Positions 43,849 through 53,669 are shown, counted from the first letter of the stretch. The stretch is DNA of 64,000 nt from Candidatus Krumholzibacteriales bacterium (GCA_046483305.1 JAWODM010000014.1:1-64000); one strand, 5' to 3'. Notes: generated from the sequence alone by a model not told the origin. Made by a program: numbers and translations.

Positions 43849-45583
43849 CCTAAATTGAGCGGTTTTCATTTATTGAGTACATATTATCAGTGTTGAAGGT
43901 ATTGAACAAGCCGATTCAGTGAAGATCAGGCCGCTTGTGTATCAAATTGCTTTTTGGATGGGATAAATATCAAGGGATGGTGGTGTCTTTTTACTGACCG
44001 GGCGCATTTTGGACAGACGAGTCCAATTTTCATCTCTGTTCTGACCTTTTGAGTGGATCTTACGCCCAGGAAAAAACAGGCGGGGCATTGTTGCGTATCC
44101 AGAGATTATGGAAATTGAGATTATCCCAGGTGGACCGGGTAACCTTGAGAATGATCTTCCCGGAATGACTTACTATCTTGGCTGCAAAATCTATAAGCAG
44201 ACGACGAACTGTTGTCGGATATGAGCTCACCGGCACTACCGGCTCAGCCACATCCTCCTTGAAAGATTCGAACAGGAAGAATGCCAGAAGAGAGATGTAA
44301 TACCAGGCGGTATTCTGGTTGAAGCGCTTGAAGGGCAATGTTTCACTGGCGAAGTCCTTAAGGGCTCTGAAGACCAGCTCATCAGCTCCTCTGTCGTGGC
44401 AGGTTTCGATGATACCCTCGGGGGTGAGAAGATGCTCGGCGCCGGCTTTGATTATCTGTTCATCTATGGGCTGTCCCATCCCGAGGGTGGTGTAGATAAC
44501 ATTATCTGGACGGGCAAAGTCGAGAAGCTGCTGCCGGTCCTGATACCAGGGCTGCAGATAGAAAGCCCGGCGAAAACAATTCCAGCTTTTTCTTCTGTCT
44601 CCAAACTCAAGATAATCCCAGATCTGCCGGCTGTTCTGGTAGCTGCCCCAGTACGACGGGTCAGCTGAAGAGACAAAGTGCTTAATATCTTTATAAAGCT
44701 TGCCGGTTCCGATATAGCCTATATGCTGCTCCTCGTAGGAGCCGAAAAGATCCTGGTCAAAAAATCCGCTGTCAGATCGAAGCACTATTGGAACATCACT
44801 GCTGTAGTGCTTTCGTATCTGAGATACCGCATGCCTTACCATCTTCTTTGCCGTATCTTCATGGTTGGAGTGCTTGCTGCCGCCTCTGAACACCGAGTCA
44901 ATCAGGAAACGTCCCCAGCTCAGCTGCAGAGCTCCGAACCCTTTGACCTTCTTGTAGGTGGGTTCTACCCCATGCCGGCACTTCGCATCATCGTTGTCCA
45001 GAATCATAGCGTCAAGACCAAGAATAATAACCGATGGCCTGGTGATCTTCAGCCTCCAGATAAATAGCTTCTGCAGCAGACGCCACAGCAGATATATCCT
45101 CGGAAACCAGAAGGAGCGAAGAAAGCGTTTAACCGCATGCGAGGAGATCATCCCTGCCGGTGATGTCTCAATCGCCGCCGCGTAACCGACATCCTCCTTC
45201 AGCCTGTCGAAATGAACAACATGACGACTGCTGCCGTCCACGAAAAAGCAGATCAGTTGTTTGAAGATTTCACAGACCGGCAATCCCTTCCTGCTCTTTC
45301 TTAATTTTCCAAATAATCTGTTCAGGTGAGGGTATATCTTTATCCCCTCAAGATATTTCACGAATAGCGTCCGGGCCGCCCCGGCCGGTGATCTTTTCAT
45401 CGGTTACGCCTGTTTTATCAATTTTGGGGTTGACCTTTTTGTTTTCTCTGGTATCCTTACTCATGTTTCCTCCCACCTGATGGGTTGACGGCGCTCACGG
45501 CGCCATTCGAGGAATATTTGTTTTATACCAAGAGTTTAACTCGTCGGGTGGGATTTTTCATGGATAAAATCGCTCAATTTAGG
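43849..45583 (-). mobile_element. IS1380-family insertion sequence, 1735 bp, with terminal IRs and 5-bp target duplication
   Basis: Left end CCTAAATTGAGCG (43849) and right end CGCTCAATTTAGG (45583) form a perfect 13-bp IR. TATGA is directly repeated at 43844-43848 and 45584-45588. Confidence 0.92.
44060..45464 (-). pseudogene. IS1380-family DDE transposase with an apparent 1-nt insertion frameshift near the 5' end
   Basis: ATG 45464 with RBS GGAGG reads MSKDTRENKKVNPKIDKTGVTDEKITGRGG, then stops soon after. The main frame resumes as TLFVKYLEGI (LGLDAMILDNDDA, LRSDSGF, RGADELVFRALKD). The span of 1405 nt is 3n+1. Confidence 0.8.
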
Positions 45584-45594
45584 TATGATTAAGG

Positions 45595-46764
45595 ATGACC
45601 ATGACCCTGACCGGCACAGACAGAATCGCCTCCGGGGAGTTCCCATTGCCTGGAGCGGCCGCTGCGGGCCTGCTGGCCAATCAGGCCTCGGTAAGCTCTA
45701 AACTTGTCCACATCCGAGATATTCTGATCGGCAGGGGAGTCGACCTGAAAGCGATCTTCGGGCCGCAGCATGGATACCGCGGGGAAACTCAGGCCAACAT
45801 GATAGAGTGGGAAAGCTATACGGACCCGGAATCCGGGATACCGGTATACTCTCTCTACGGAGAAACCCGCACACCCAGCGATGAGATGCTCGACGGCATC
45901 GAACTTATGGCAATCGACCTTCAGGATGTGGGAACCCGATGCTATACATATACCTGGACAGCGGTTCTCATGATGAAAGCATGCGCGGCCAATTCCATAA
46001 AAGTCCTGGTCCTGGACAGGCCGAATCCTATCGGGGGCGAATCGGTTGAAGGCCCCGCCGTCAGAGAGGGCTATCAGTCTTTCGTGGGCCTGTTTCCCAT
46101 TCCGGTAAGACACGGCATGACCATCGGGGAAATACTGGCCATGGTGAACAGGGAATGGGGGATCGGAGCCGACGTTGAAATAGTACCGTGCGGCGACTGG
46201 CAAAGGGAGATGTACTACCAGGATACCGGCCTGCCCTGGGTTCTTCCCTCTCCCAATATGCCGGGACCGGAGACAGCCCTGACCTATCCCGGAACCATCA
46301 TGCTGGAAGGCACCAATATTTCGGAGGGAAGAGGAACTACCCTGCCTTTCGAAATAATCGGGGCTCCCTTTATCGAACCCCGCGGGTTCAGCGGGGAACT
46401 GGCCCGAAGATGCCCCGGGGGGGCAATTTTCCGGCCTCTGCATTTTGAACCCACCTGGGATAAATACGCTGGAGAGATCTGCGGAGGGGTCCAGATCCAT
46501 GTCTCTGACCGCGACCATTTCCGTCCGGTAAGAACCGGGGCGGAGATAATCTGCGCGGCGGCATCCCTGTATCCCGGCCATTTCCGGTTCCTGCCCCCTC
46601 CCTACGAATACGAGACAGAGCATCCCCCCATTGATATAATATCCGGAGATCCCCGGCTGAGGGAAATGGTTGAAAGCGGAACCGGGACGGGGCCGCTGTT
46701 CGAGGCCTGGCTGGAAGAAGAAAAAAGATTCAGGGCAGAGAGAGAAAAATACAGGATCTACTGA
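45595..46764 (+). CDS. DUF1343 / NamZ-family exo-beta-N-acetylmuramidase
   Basis: GLLANQAS, FGPQHG, SLYGETRTP, DLQDVGTRCYTY, VLDRPNP, RHGMTIGE, PSPNMP, SEGRGTTLPFE. No signal peptide seen. Confidence 0.9.
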   Translation: MTMTLTGTDRIASGEFPLPGAAAAGLLANQASVSSKLVHIRDILIGRGVDLKAIFGPQHGYRGETQANMIEWESYTDPESGIPVYSLYGETRTPSDEMLDGIELMAIDLQDVGTRCYTYTWTAVLMMKACAANSIKVLVLDRPNPIGGESVEGPAVREGYQSFVGLFPIPVRHGMTIGEILAMVNREWGIGADVEIVPCGDWQREMYYQDTGLPWVLPSPNMPGPETALTYPGTIMLEGTNISEGRGTTLPFEIIGAPFIEPRGFSGELARRCPGGAIFRPLHFEPTWDKYAGEICGGVQIHVSDRDHFRPVRTGAEIICAAASLYPGHFRFLPPPYEYETEHPPIDIISGDPRLREMVESGTGTGPLFEAWLEEEKRFRAEREKYRIY

Positions 46765-46765
46765 T

Positions 46766-47767
46766 ATGAGCGGAGATAAGCATAAGGAGAATGTCTGCGG
46801 GGTTATTCTGGCGGCCGGTCACGGAGAGAGAATGAAACCGATCACCGACGCCATACCCAAACCTCTGATACCGGTTATGGGAAGGCCGCTGTTCGAAATC
46901 CTGATGAATAAACTGCGCAGGAGCGGAGCCCGCTCACTGCACGCCAATATACATCATCTGCCTGAAGCCTTTTTCCAGGCGGATTTAAGCGCCGGAATTC
47001 CTCTTGAATTTCACCGGGAAGATAAGATTCTGGGCACCGGGGGCGGGATAGGAAATATGCGGAAAGACCTGGAGAATTACGATCTTATCCTTCTTCACAA
47101 TGCCGATATAATTTCCGATATCGAATACCAGCCGGCGATAGATTTTCATGCCAGGGAAAAAGCTCTTGTCACCATGATCCTCGCAGCCGGAGAAAACGGC
47201 CGGAATGCTTCCGGGGGAAAGACGCTTCCTCCTCCAGGCGTTTATATTTCCGATTCTGCGAGAGTGATGGAGATAGGCGCAGCCCCGGATGTGAAAAGCA
47301 TGGCGGCCGGTTATACCGGGATGGCGGTTCTGTCCAGCGAAGCTCTGGAGTATTTCCCGCCTGGGAGGAAGGCCGGCCTGGTTGAAATACTAAGGAAAAT
47401 GATAAAAGAAAATAATGGATCGGTGGCCGGTTACCTTGCCGGAACGGAGGGGCGCGCCCCGGAATGGGCAGAAATCGGAACGCCCCCTGCCTACCTGGAC
47501 CTGCACAGGAGGCTGATGATAGACAGAACCCTCTTCGACCCGGAACTGGAACCTCCCCTTCTGCCCCTTCATGTCGGCCCCGGAGCCAGGATAGGGAATG
47601 ATACCAGGTGGAAAGGTTTTCTGGAAGTCGGCAGGGGCGCTGTAGTGGGAGAAGGCTCTGTACTGGAAAACTGCGTGGTCCTGCCGGAAACAATTGTTGA
47701 AAAGGAAACTGAAGCGGAGTATTCTATCTTCTTTCCGGACGGAATCCTGAAGGTGGGTAAAACATGA
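46766..47767 (+). CDS. MurU-like sugar-phosphate nucleotidyltransferase
   Basis: ILAAGHGERMKPITDAIPKPL, NIHHL, EDKILGTGGG, NAD, EIGTP. Adjacent to an AmgK-like kinase. Confidence 0.8.
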   Translation: MSGDKHKENVCGVILAAGHGERMKPITDAIPKPLIPVMGRPLFEILMNKLRRSGARSLHANIHHLPEAFFQADLSAGIPLEFHREDKILGTGGGIGNMRKDLENYDLILLHNADIISDIEYQPAIDFHAREKALVTMILAAGENGRNASGGKTLPPPGVYISDSARVMEIGAAPDVKSMAAGYTGMAVLSSEALEYFPPGRKAGLVEILRKMIKENNGSVAGYLAGTEGRAPEWAEIGTPPAYLDLHRRLMIDRTLFDPELEPPLLPLHVGPGARIGNDTRWKGFLEVGRGAVVGEGSVLENCVVLPETIVEKETEAEYSIFFPDGILKVGKT

Positions 47768-48807
47768 ATGAAAACATCGCTGAACTTGTCGCTTACGCGC
47801 TGGAACGGACCTCCACGGTACCCGGAGGACCTCTGAATCCCAACGCCAGGGCTGTTCCCTTCACCGACGGCGGAAGCAAGAGATATTTCCTGAGGCTCAG
47901 TGACGGAGAAAGGTCCGTGGTGGCCCTGATTGAACCGTCCGACAGAGCGGAGCTGCAGAGATACTGCCAGATCGGAACCTTCCTGAGAGAAAACGGGATC
48001 GGAGTACCGGAAATATACACCTTCGACAGAGAGCGGGGAATTCTGCTGATGGAGGACCTCGGCGACTGCACCCTGGAAAAACTATGGATAAGGGGAAACG
48101 GTATAATAACCATTTATAGATCATGCCTGGATCTTCTCTGCCGCCTTCAGACGGAAGTTACCGAAAAAACAGGCCGGGGCCAATGTCCTTCTCTGAATAT
48201 CTTCGGAAAAGAAGAATTCATGGAAGAGACTGATTATTTTGAAAGAGAATTCATGGGAAGATTCAAACCCGATATCTCAGTACCGGACTGGGAAAGAGAA
48301 AGGGAACAGCTGGCAGAGAAGCTGTCAGCGCTACCCCGGGTATTCATGCATCGCGACTTCCAGAGCAGAAATATAATAATAAGACAGGGTCAGCCCCGCC
48401 TGATAGATTTTCAGGCATCCTTCCTTGGCCCTTCTTTTTACGATGCCGCCTCACTGCTGAAAGATCCGTACGTCTCCCTTCCCCCCGCAACCGGGCAGGA
48501 ACTTCTGGAATATTATTACCGGGCCCTCTCAGAGCGAAACGCGGATAATGGCCTCAATTTCGATGAGTTCACCGAGCTTTTTACCATCGCCGGTATTCAG
48601 AGAAATCTGCAGGCTCTGGCCGCCTACGCAAAACTCGGTTTCGGGGATGGCAGGACGGAATTTCTCAGGTCGATACACCCGGCTCTCGTTCTTCTGGAGA
48701 GAGGAGCCGGAGAGAATGGATCATACCCCGCCATCCAGGGGATGGCGAGCTCTTTTCTAAACCGGATTAGCGAAAGGGATCTGGTATATAATAACCACCG
48801 GATCTGA
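47764..48807 (+). CDS. AmgK-like anomeric sugar kinase (aminoglycoside phosphotransferase fold)
   Basis: GGSKRYFLR, LLMEDLGD, FMHRDFQSRNI, LIDFQ, YDAASLLKDPY, QRNLQALAAY. Confidence 0.85.
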   Translation: MNENIAELVAYALERTSTVPGGPLNPNARAVPFTDGGSKRYFLRLSDGERSVVALIEPSDRAELQRYCQIGTFLRENGIGVPEIYTFDRERGILLMEDLGDCTLEKLWIRGNGIITIYRSCLDLLCRLQTEVTEKTGRGQCPSLNIFGKEEFMEETDYFEREFMGRFKPDISVPDWEREREQLAEKLSALPRVFMHRDFQSRNIIIRQGQPRLIDFQASFLGPSFYDAASLLKDPYVSLPPATGQELLEYYYRALSERNADNGLNFDEFTELFTIAGIQRNLQALAAYAKLGFGDGRTEFLRSIHPALVLLERGAGENGSYPAIQGMASSFLNRISERDLVYNNHRI

Positions 48808-48810
48808 GAA

Positions 48811-49068
48811 TCAGTCTTCAATCACTTTATAGACGGTATCGTGCTCCCTGACCCGGTCACTGACCTTGATTCCCACACTGTCCCCCCTATCCGCCTTCTC
48901 AACCGACTCATTGTCAATCTGCATCGACTTGATTTCCTGGGTGAAATCGGTAGTATGCCCCTTGAAATGCAGAGTGTCTCCAACCTCCAGGCTGCCGGTC
49001 AGGTTCAACGCCACCACGCTAATGTGGGCGAAATAATCAGCTACGCTGCCGACTTCGATTTCCTTCAT
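48811..49068 (-). CDS. Small translation-elongation-factor-like beta-barrel protein
   Basis: EVGSVADYFAHISV, LEVGDTLHFKGHTTDFTQ...SMQI...GDSVGIKV.DRVR. Confidence 0.82.
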   Translation of the reverse strand: MKEIEVGSVADYFAHISVVALNLTGSLEVGDTLHFKGHTTDFTQEIKSMQIDNESVEKADRGDSVGIKVSDRVREHDTVYKVIED

Positions 49069-49218
49069 TGTAATTACCCCCTTTATCGCGATAAACCCTT
49101 GATCGGGAAAATGGTATCCTATCGGAAATAATAGTTCAAGAGTAAATTGATTTGTTGATTTGTTGGAGTTTCCCCAATTTTTATAATCTATCAGGTAGTT
49201 TAATTATTGGTTTGGTTT

Positions 49219-49368
49219 GCGGCTGAGTGATTAATTCAAAATCGTTGTCGGTTTCCCCGGCGAGGAAACCGCAACTCCCGCCTCGCACATCGCTCTTTCT
49301 GCCCCTGACGGGGCAGAAAACCATGCCCGCTCGCCCTCCGGAGGGTTTTGAATTAATCACTCAGCCGC
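49219..49368. repeat. 150-bp MITE-like or structured palindromic element
   Basis: Perfect 23-bp terminal inverted repeats GCGGCTGAGTGATTAATTCAAAA (49219-49241 and 49346-49368) enclosing three hairpins. Confidence 0.8.
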
Positions 49369-49532
49369 TTCCAGTTGCTATTAAAACTAAGTTGTTGTTA
49401 AAGATTACCTTACCGACATTCTGGCTTATTTTTTGGGGAAACTCCTGTTTCCCTGACCGGAGGAGCGGTTCACTGATTCGTGCCGGTAGTTGTTTATTGA
49501 CATGCCGAACTTAATTATATACCGTATTAGGT

Positions 49533-50207
49533 ATGAATAAACTGAAGGAAAAACTGATATCGGAAGGCATAAGATATATAGCTATAGAGGGTAACATAGG
49601 ATCGGGTAAAACCACCCTCTCCAGGCTGATTGCCGAGGAAACGGGGGCCGATCTTTTCCTGGAGGAGGTTGACGATAATCCCTTTATTGAGGATTTTTAT
49701 GATGATATGGCCACTTATGCTTTTCAGACTCAGATTTTTTTCTTGCTGAACAGATACCGGCAGCAGAAGCAGATAGTGCAGAGAAATCTTTTCGTGGACC
49801 TCCTGGTGGCAGATTATATATTCGACAAGGACAGGATATACGCAAATGTGGTTCTCCCCGATGATGAGCTGGGCCTCTACAACAGGCTGCTTTCCACCCT
49901 GAAGGGAGAGATTGTTTATCCTGACCTGGTGGTGTACCTTCAGGCCGACATAGAGGTCCTGCTGGATAGGATCAGGAAGAGGGGCAGGAGTTACGAAAGA
50001 GGGATTGAAGACAGTTATCTGAGGGACCTGAACGATGCCTTCAATCATTTCTTCTTTCATTACTGCGAGTCGCCGCTTCTGATAGTAAATACGGACCGGC
50101 TTGACTTTACCACCCGCAGAGAGCATGTCGAAGATTTTTTTGGCCAGATAACCACCAAATTCGACGGCACCAGGTATTATGTGCCGTCCTGGGAGAGTGA
50201 TTTGTAA
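49533..50207 (+). CDS. Deoxynucleoside kinase (dCK/dGK family)
   Basis: IAIEGNIGSGKTT, FQTQIFFLLNRY, PDLVVYLQA, RIRKRGRSYE. Confidence 0.93.
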   Translation: MNKLKEKLISEGIRYIAIEGNIGSGKTTLSRLIAEETGADLFLEEVDDNPFIEDFYDDMATYAFQTQIFFLLNRYRQQKQIVQRNLFVDLLVADYIFDKDRIYANVVLPDDELGLYNRLLSTLKGEIVYPDLVVYLQADIEVLLDRIRKRGRSYERGIEDSYLRDLNDAFNHFFFHYCESPLLIVNTDRLDFTTRREHVEDFFGQITTKFDGTRYYVPSWESDL

Positions 50208-51037
50208 TGCGGAACAAGGTAACCAGCAGGACTCTGAGGAAGATGAAGAAGAAGGGCGAGAAGATAGCGGCGATTACATCCTATGATTACCTTTCCACCA
50301 GGATGATTGATGACACCGGGATAGATTTTATACTGGTGGGCGATTCTCTCGGAATGGTGGTGATGGGTTACCAGAACACCCTGCCCGTTACCATGGAAGA
50401 TGTATTGCACCATCTCAAGGCGGTTACCAGAGCGAAGCCCAGCGCCTTTGTTGCGGCGGACATGCCTTTCATGTCTTACCAGGCAAGCGTGGAGGAAGCT
50501 GTCCGCAACGCGGGCAGGCTGGTAAAGGAGGGCGGCGCGGAAGGGGTAAAACTGGAGGGCGGCGCGCAAACTGTTAAGGCGATAAGGAAGATCGTTGACG
50601 CATCGATACCGGTAGTGGGCCATATTGGCCTGACCCCTCAATCTCTGCATCAGTTCGGCGGGTACAGGGTTCAGGGCAAGAACAGGGAATCTGCCGGGAG
50701 GCTGCTGGAAGATGCGGTTTCTCTGGAAGAAGCCGGCTGCTGCTGCATAGTAGTGGAAGGGGTGCCCTGGCAGGTGGCGGAGGAGATTACAGGGAGTGTC
50801 GGTATCCCTACCATAGGTATCGGCGCCGGAAAGTACTGTGACGGACAGGTTCTGGTTATTCAGGATATGCTGGGAATAAATGAGATCGAACTGCCAAGAT
50901 TCGTGAAAACCTACGAGAATATGGGTGAGAGGATGAAAACCGCAATCCAGAGCTACGTCAGGGAAGTGAAGGAAGGCAAATTCCCGGGAATGGAACATAG
51001 TTATTCCGCGAATAAGAGTGGCCGGGACGGGAGATAG
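50207..51037 (+). CDS. panB: 3-methyl-2-oxobutanoate hydroxymethyltransferase
   Basis: LVGDSLGM, ADMPF, VKLEGG, GHIGLTPQS, IGIGAG...DGQVLV. Confidence 0.97.
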   Translation: MRNKVTSRTLRKMKKKGEKIAAITSYDYLSTRMIDDTGIDFILVGDSLGMVVMGYQNTLPVTMEDVLHHLKAVTRAKPSAFVAADMPFMSYQASVEEAVRNAGRLVKEGGAEGVKLEGGAQTVKAIRKIVDASIPVVGHIGLTPQSLHQFGGYRVQGKNRESAGRLLEDAVSLEEAGCCCIVVEGVPWQVAEEITGSVGIPTIGIGAGKYCDGQVLVIQDMLGINEIELPRFVKTYENMGERMKTAIQSYVREVKEGKFPGMEHSYSANKSGRDGR

Positions 51038-51041
51038 AGGG

Positions 51042-51944
51042 ATGGAAGTAGTCAAATCTCCCCGCGAGGCGAGGGAGCTTATCGGAAGTTTCAAGAAAGA
51101 GGAGGGGTTGCTGGGAATTGTGCCCACCATGGGCGATCTGCACGAAGGCCATCTCAGCCTGATAAGTCTTTCGTTGCAGCGCTGCTCCAGAACAGCGGTA
51201 TCCATATTTGTCAACCCCGCTCAGTTCGGCCCCGGAGAAGACCTGGAGCGTTACCCCAGGAACAGAGAGCGGGACCTTCAGTTACTCCTTGACCTGGGTG
51301 TGGACCTGGTTTTCATGCCGGATGACCGGGATATATATTCCCCCGGAGACAGGACCGGGGTTTCGGTAAAGTCATTGACGGAGCACTTATGCGGCAAATA
51401 CAGGCCGGGGCACTTTGATGGCGTGGCCATGATAGTGGCGAAGCTCTTTAATATTATCTCTCCGGATATCGCTTTCTTCGGGCAGAAAGATGCGCAGCAG
51501 GCGGTGGTTCTGCAGAGAATGGCGGCCGATCTCGATTTCCCGGTGAGGATAGCTCTGGGCCCCATAATAAGAGAGGATAACGGACTTGCGATGAGCTCAA
51601 GGAACCGGTATCTCAGCGATGAGCAGAAGGAAAGCGCGGCGTCGATATACCGGGGGCTGAGAAAAGGTTTTGAGTCTGTTCTCAGCGGCGAAAGAGATAG
51701 CAGGGTGGTTACCTCTATTATCAGGGATACCGTGGACAGAAGCGGACTGCGGGTCCAGTACGCGGAAGCGGCGGATGGAGCTACCATGGTTCCGGTGGAT
51801 AAGATAGAGGGCAGAGTTCTTCTGGCGGCAGCCGCCCTCCTGGACGGAGTCCGGCTGATTGATAATATTGCTTTGAACGTAGAAGGAGAAAAAGTGGAAG
51901 AAATTCTGCTGGAGTTTCCGGAATGGAGCCGATATGGATCGTAA
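51042..51944 (+). CDS. panC: Pantoate-beta-alanine ligase
   Basis: VPTMGDLHEGH, SIFVNPAQF, RPGHF, FGQKDAQQ, GLAMSSRN, RLIDN. Confidence 0.97.
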   Translation: MEVVKSPREARELIGSFKKEEGLLGIVPTMGDLHEGHLSLISLSLQRCSRTAVSIFVNPAQFGPGEDLERYPRNRERDLQLLLDLGVDLVFMPDDRDIYSPGDRTGVSVKSLTEHLCGKYRPGHFDGVAMIVAKLFNIISPDIAFFGQKDAQQAVVLQRMAADLDFPVRIALGPIIREDNGLAMSSRNRYLSDEQKESAASIYRGLRKGFESVLSGERDSRVVTSIIRDTVDRSGLRVQYAEAADGATMVPVDKIEGRVLLAAAALLDGVRLIDNIALNVEGEKVEEILLEFPEWSRYGS

Positions 51945-52677
51945 CCAGGGCCTGGCTGCAGTAATTCTCGCCGCCGGGGAAGGGACCCGGATGAAATCTG
52001 ATCTGGCAAAGGTGCTGCACAGAATCGGCGGCAAGACCATGATAAGGCGTATAGTTGAATCGGTGAAGAATACCAGCCCCGGCCGGATTATAGTGGTAGT
52101 TGGATATCAGGCAGAAGCTGTGAAGGAAGAGTTTAATGGTGAGGATATTGATTTCGCTCTCCAGGAGAAAAGATTGGGGACAGGCCATGCGGTGATGCAG
52201 ACGAAAGGCGTTCTGGAGGATTTTTCCGGTACGGTCATTATACTCACCGGCGATACGCCGCTGCTGACCCCGCGGACCCTCATCGATTTTTACAGGTTTC
52301 ATAGAGAGAACGGAAATGCCGCTACGGTAATGTCCACCCGTATGGATGACCCCGCCGGATACGGCAGGATAATCCGGGGAGAACAGGATAGACTGGAAAA
52401 GATAGTCGAACATGCCGACGCCTCACCCGGGGAGAGAAAGATTGACGAGGTAAACAGCGGAATTTTCTGTGTCGACTCTGATTATCTGTTTGATTCCCTG
52501 AGTGAGATTAGAAAGGATAATACACAGGATGAGTATTACCTTACTGATATTATTGAGATTCTTAACCGCCGGGGCGTGAGGACCGGAGTGTATCTGTGCG
52601 GAAATAATCTGGAAGTTACCGGCATAAATACCAGGTCGCAACTGGAAGAAGCTGAAAGGTTGATATCTGATGGATAG
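51934..52677 (+). CDS. GlmU-like uridyltransferase domain only (no acetyltransferase beta-helix)
   Basis: ILAAGEGTRMKS..AKVLH, LGTGHAV, GDTPLL, GYGRI, EVNSG, EYYLTD, GIN.R.QL. It ends at 247 aa and overlaps the next start. Confidence 0.88.
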   Translation: MDRNQGLAAVILAAGEGTRMKSDLAKVLHRIGGKTMIRRIVESVKNTSPGRIIVVVGYQAEAVKEEFNGEDIDFALQEKRLGTGHAVMQTKGVLEDFSGTVIILTGDTPLLTPRTLIDFYRFHRENGNAATVMSTRMDDPAGYGRIIRGEQDRLEKIVEHADASPGERKIDEVNSGIFCVDSDYLFDSLSEIRKDNTQDEYYLTDIIEILNRRGVRTGVYLCGNNLEVTGINTRSQLEEAERLISDG

Positions 52678-53146
52678 AATTTACGCACCCTGGAGAAGCA
52701 AGTATTTTACCATGCCCGAGGAGGAGGGCTGTCTTTTCTGTAATATACAGAATGAAAAGGATGACCGGAGATCTGGAATTCTCGCCAGGGGAGAATACTG
52801 GTATATCATACTGAATACCTTCCCTTATACTAACGGTCATATCATGGTAGTCCCCAATCGTCATATAAAAGATTTTGGAGCGGTGCGGGAGGAAGAGACC
52901 GGAGAGATGTTTGAATTCCTTAAGAAGGGAGAAGGAGCATTAAGGGATGTTTACAATCCGGACGGCATAAACGTGGGAGTGAACCTGGGGAGGGCCGCCG
53001 GAGCCGGAATCGTTGATCATCTTCATTTTCATATGGTTCCCCGGTGGGTCGGGGACACTAATTTCATGACCGCGCTCGCCGGGACCAGGGTGGTTTCAGA
53101 GGATCTGGAGAAGAGTTACAGGAACCTGAAACCATATTTTAAGTAG
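52670..53146 (+). CDS. HIT-family hydrolase (Ap4A phosphorylase-like)
   Basis: APWR, CLFC, NTFPYTNGH, NLGRAAGAG, HLHFHMVPRW. Confidence 0.92.
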   Translation: MDRIYAPWRSKYFTMPEEEGCLFCNIQNEKDDRRSGILARGEYWYIILNTFPYTNGHIMVVPNRHIKDFGAVREEETGEMFEFLKKGEGALRDVYNPDGINVGVNLGRAAGAGIVDHLHFHMVPRWVGDTNFMTALAGTRVVSEDLEKSYRNLKPYFK

Positions 53147-53183
53147 TGGCCGGTTCAATTCCGTTTTAAGGAGCCTGCGGGAA

Positions 53184-53618
53184 ATGACTGCAAAGAGAAA
53201 AAAGAAAAAGAAGAAAAAGTTTTCTCTGGTAATATGGCTGTTGCCGCTAATAGTCATGATCGCCTCGCTGTCCATAAAGATTTCGGGAGCGGGAGGGAGG
53301 GGGATGCCGGAGCCGGGCGCTTATCAGCTCGAGGTGCTGAACGGAACCGGAGAGAAGAATCTGGTAAAGGAAGCCACCCGGCAGCTTCGAAGAATGGGTA
53401 TTGACGTACTGATAGAGGGGAACGCGGAGTTTTTCGGTTACGAACGGTCCGTAATTATCGACAGGAAGGGAAATCCCGAACTGGCTGAAAGAGTGGCCAG
53501 ACGGCTGGGATGCGAAACGGTTATCCGGCAGCTTCAGGATAATGCCAGGGTTGATTTGACTTTTATTCTGGGGGATGATAAGGATAAACTTGATATTGAT
53601 ATACAGGCGGATGATTAA
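53184..53618 (+). CDS. Membrane-anchored LytR C-terminal-domain protein
   Basis: Basic N-terminus plus TM helix, LEVLNGTG...GNA...VDLTFILGDD. Confidence 0.85.
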   Translation: MTAKRKKKKKKKFSLVIWLLPLIVMIASLSIKISGAGGRGMPEPGAYQLEVLNGTGEKNLVKEATRQLRRMGIDVLIEGNAEFFGYERSVIIDRKGNPELAERVARRLGCETVIRQLQDNARVDLTFILGDDKDKLDIDIQADD

Positions 53619-53669
53619 TTATTATAGTAGTGAAAGGATGCGTGCTGTTTTTCTTATTGGGAGTTAACT

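Noticed and set aside
51934..52677. glmU pseudogene by truncation
   Set aside because: It ends cleanly at the domain boundary and is translationally coupled to the HIT gene, with no remnant beta-helix sequence downstream.
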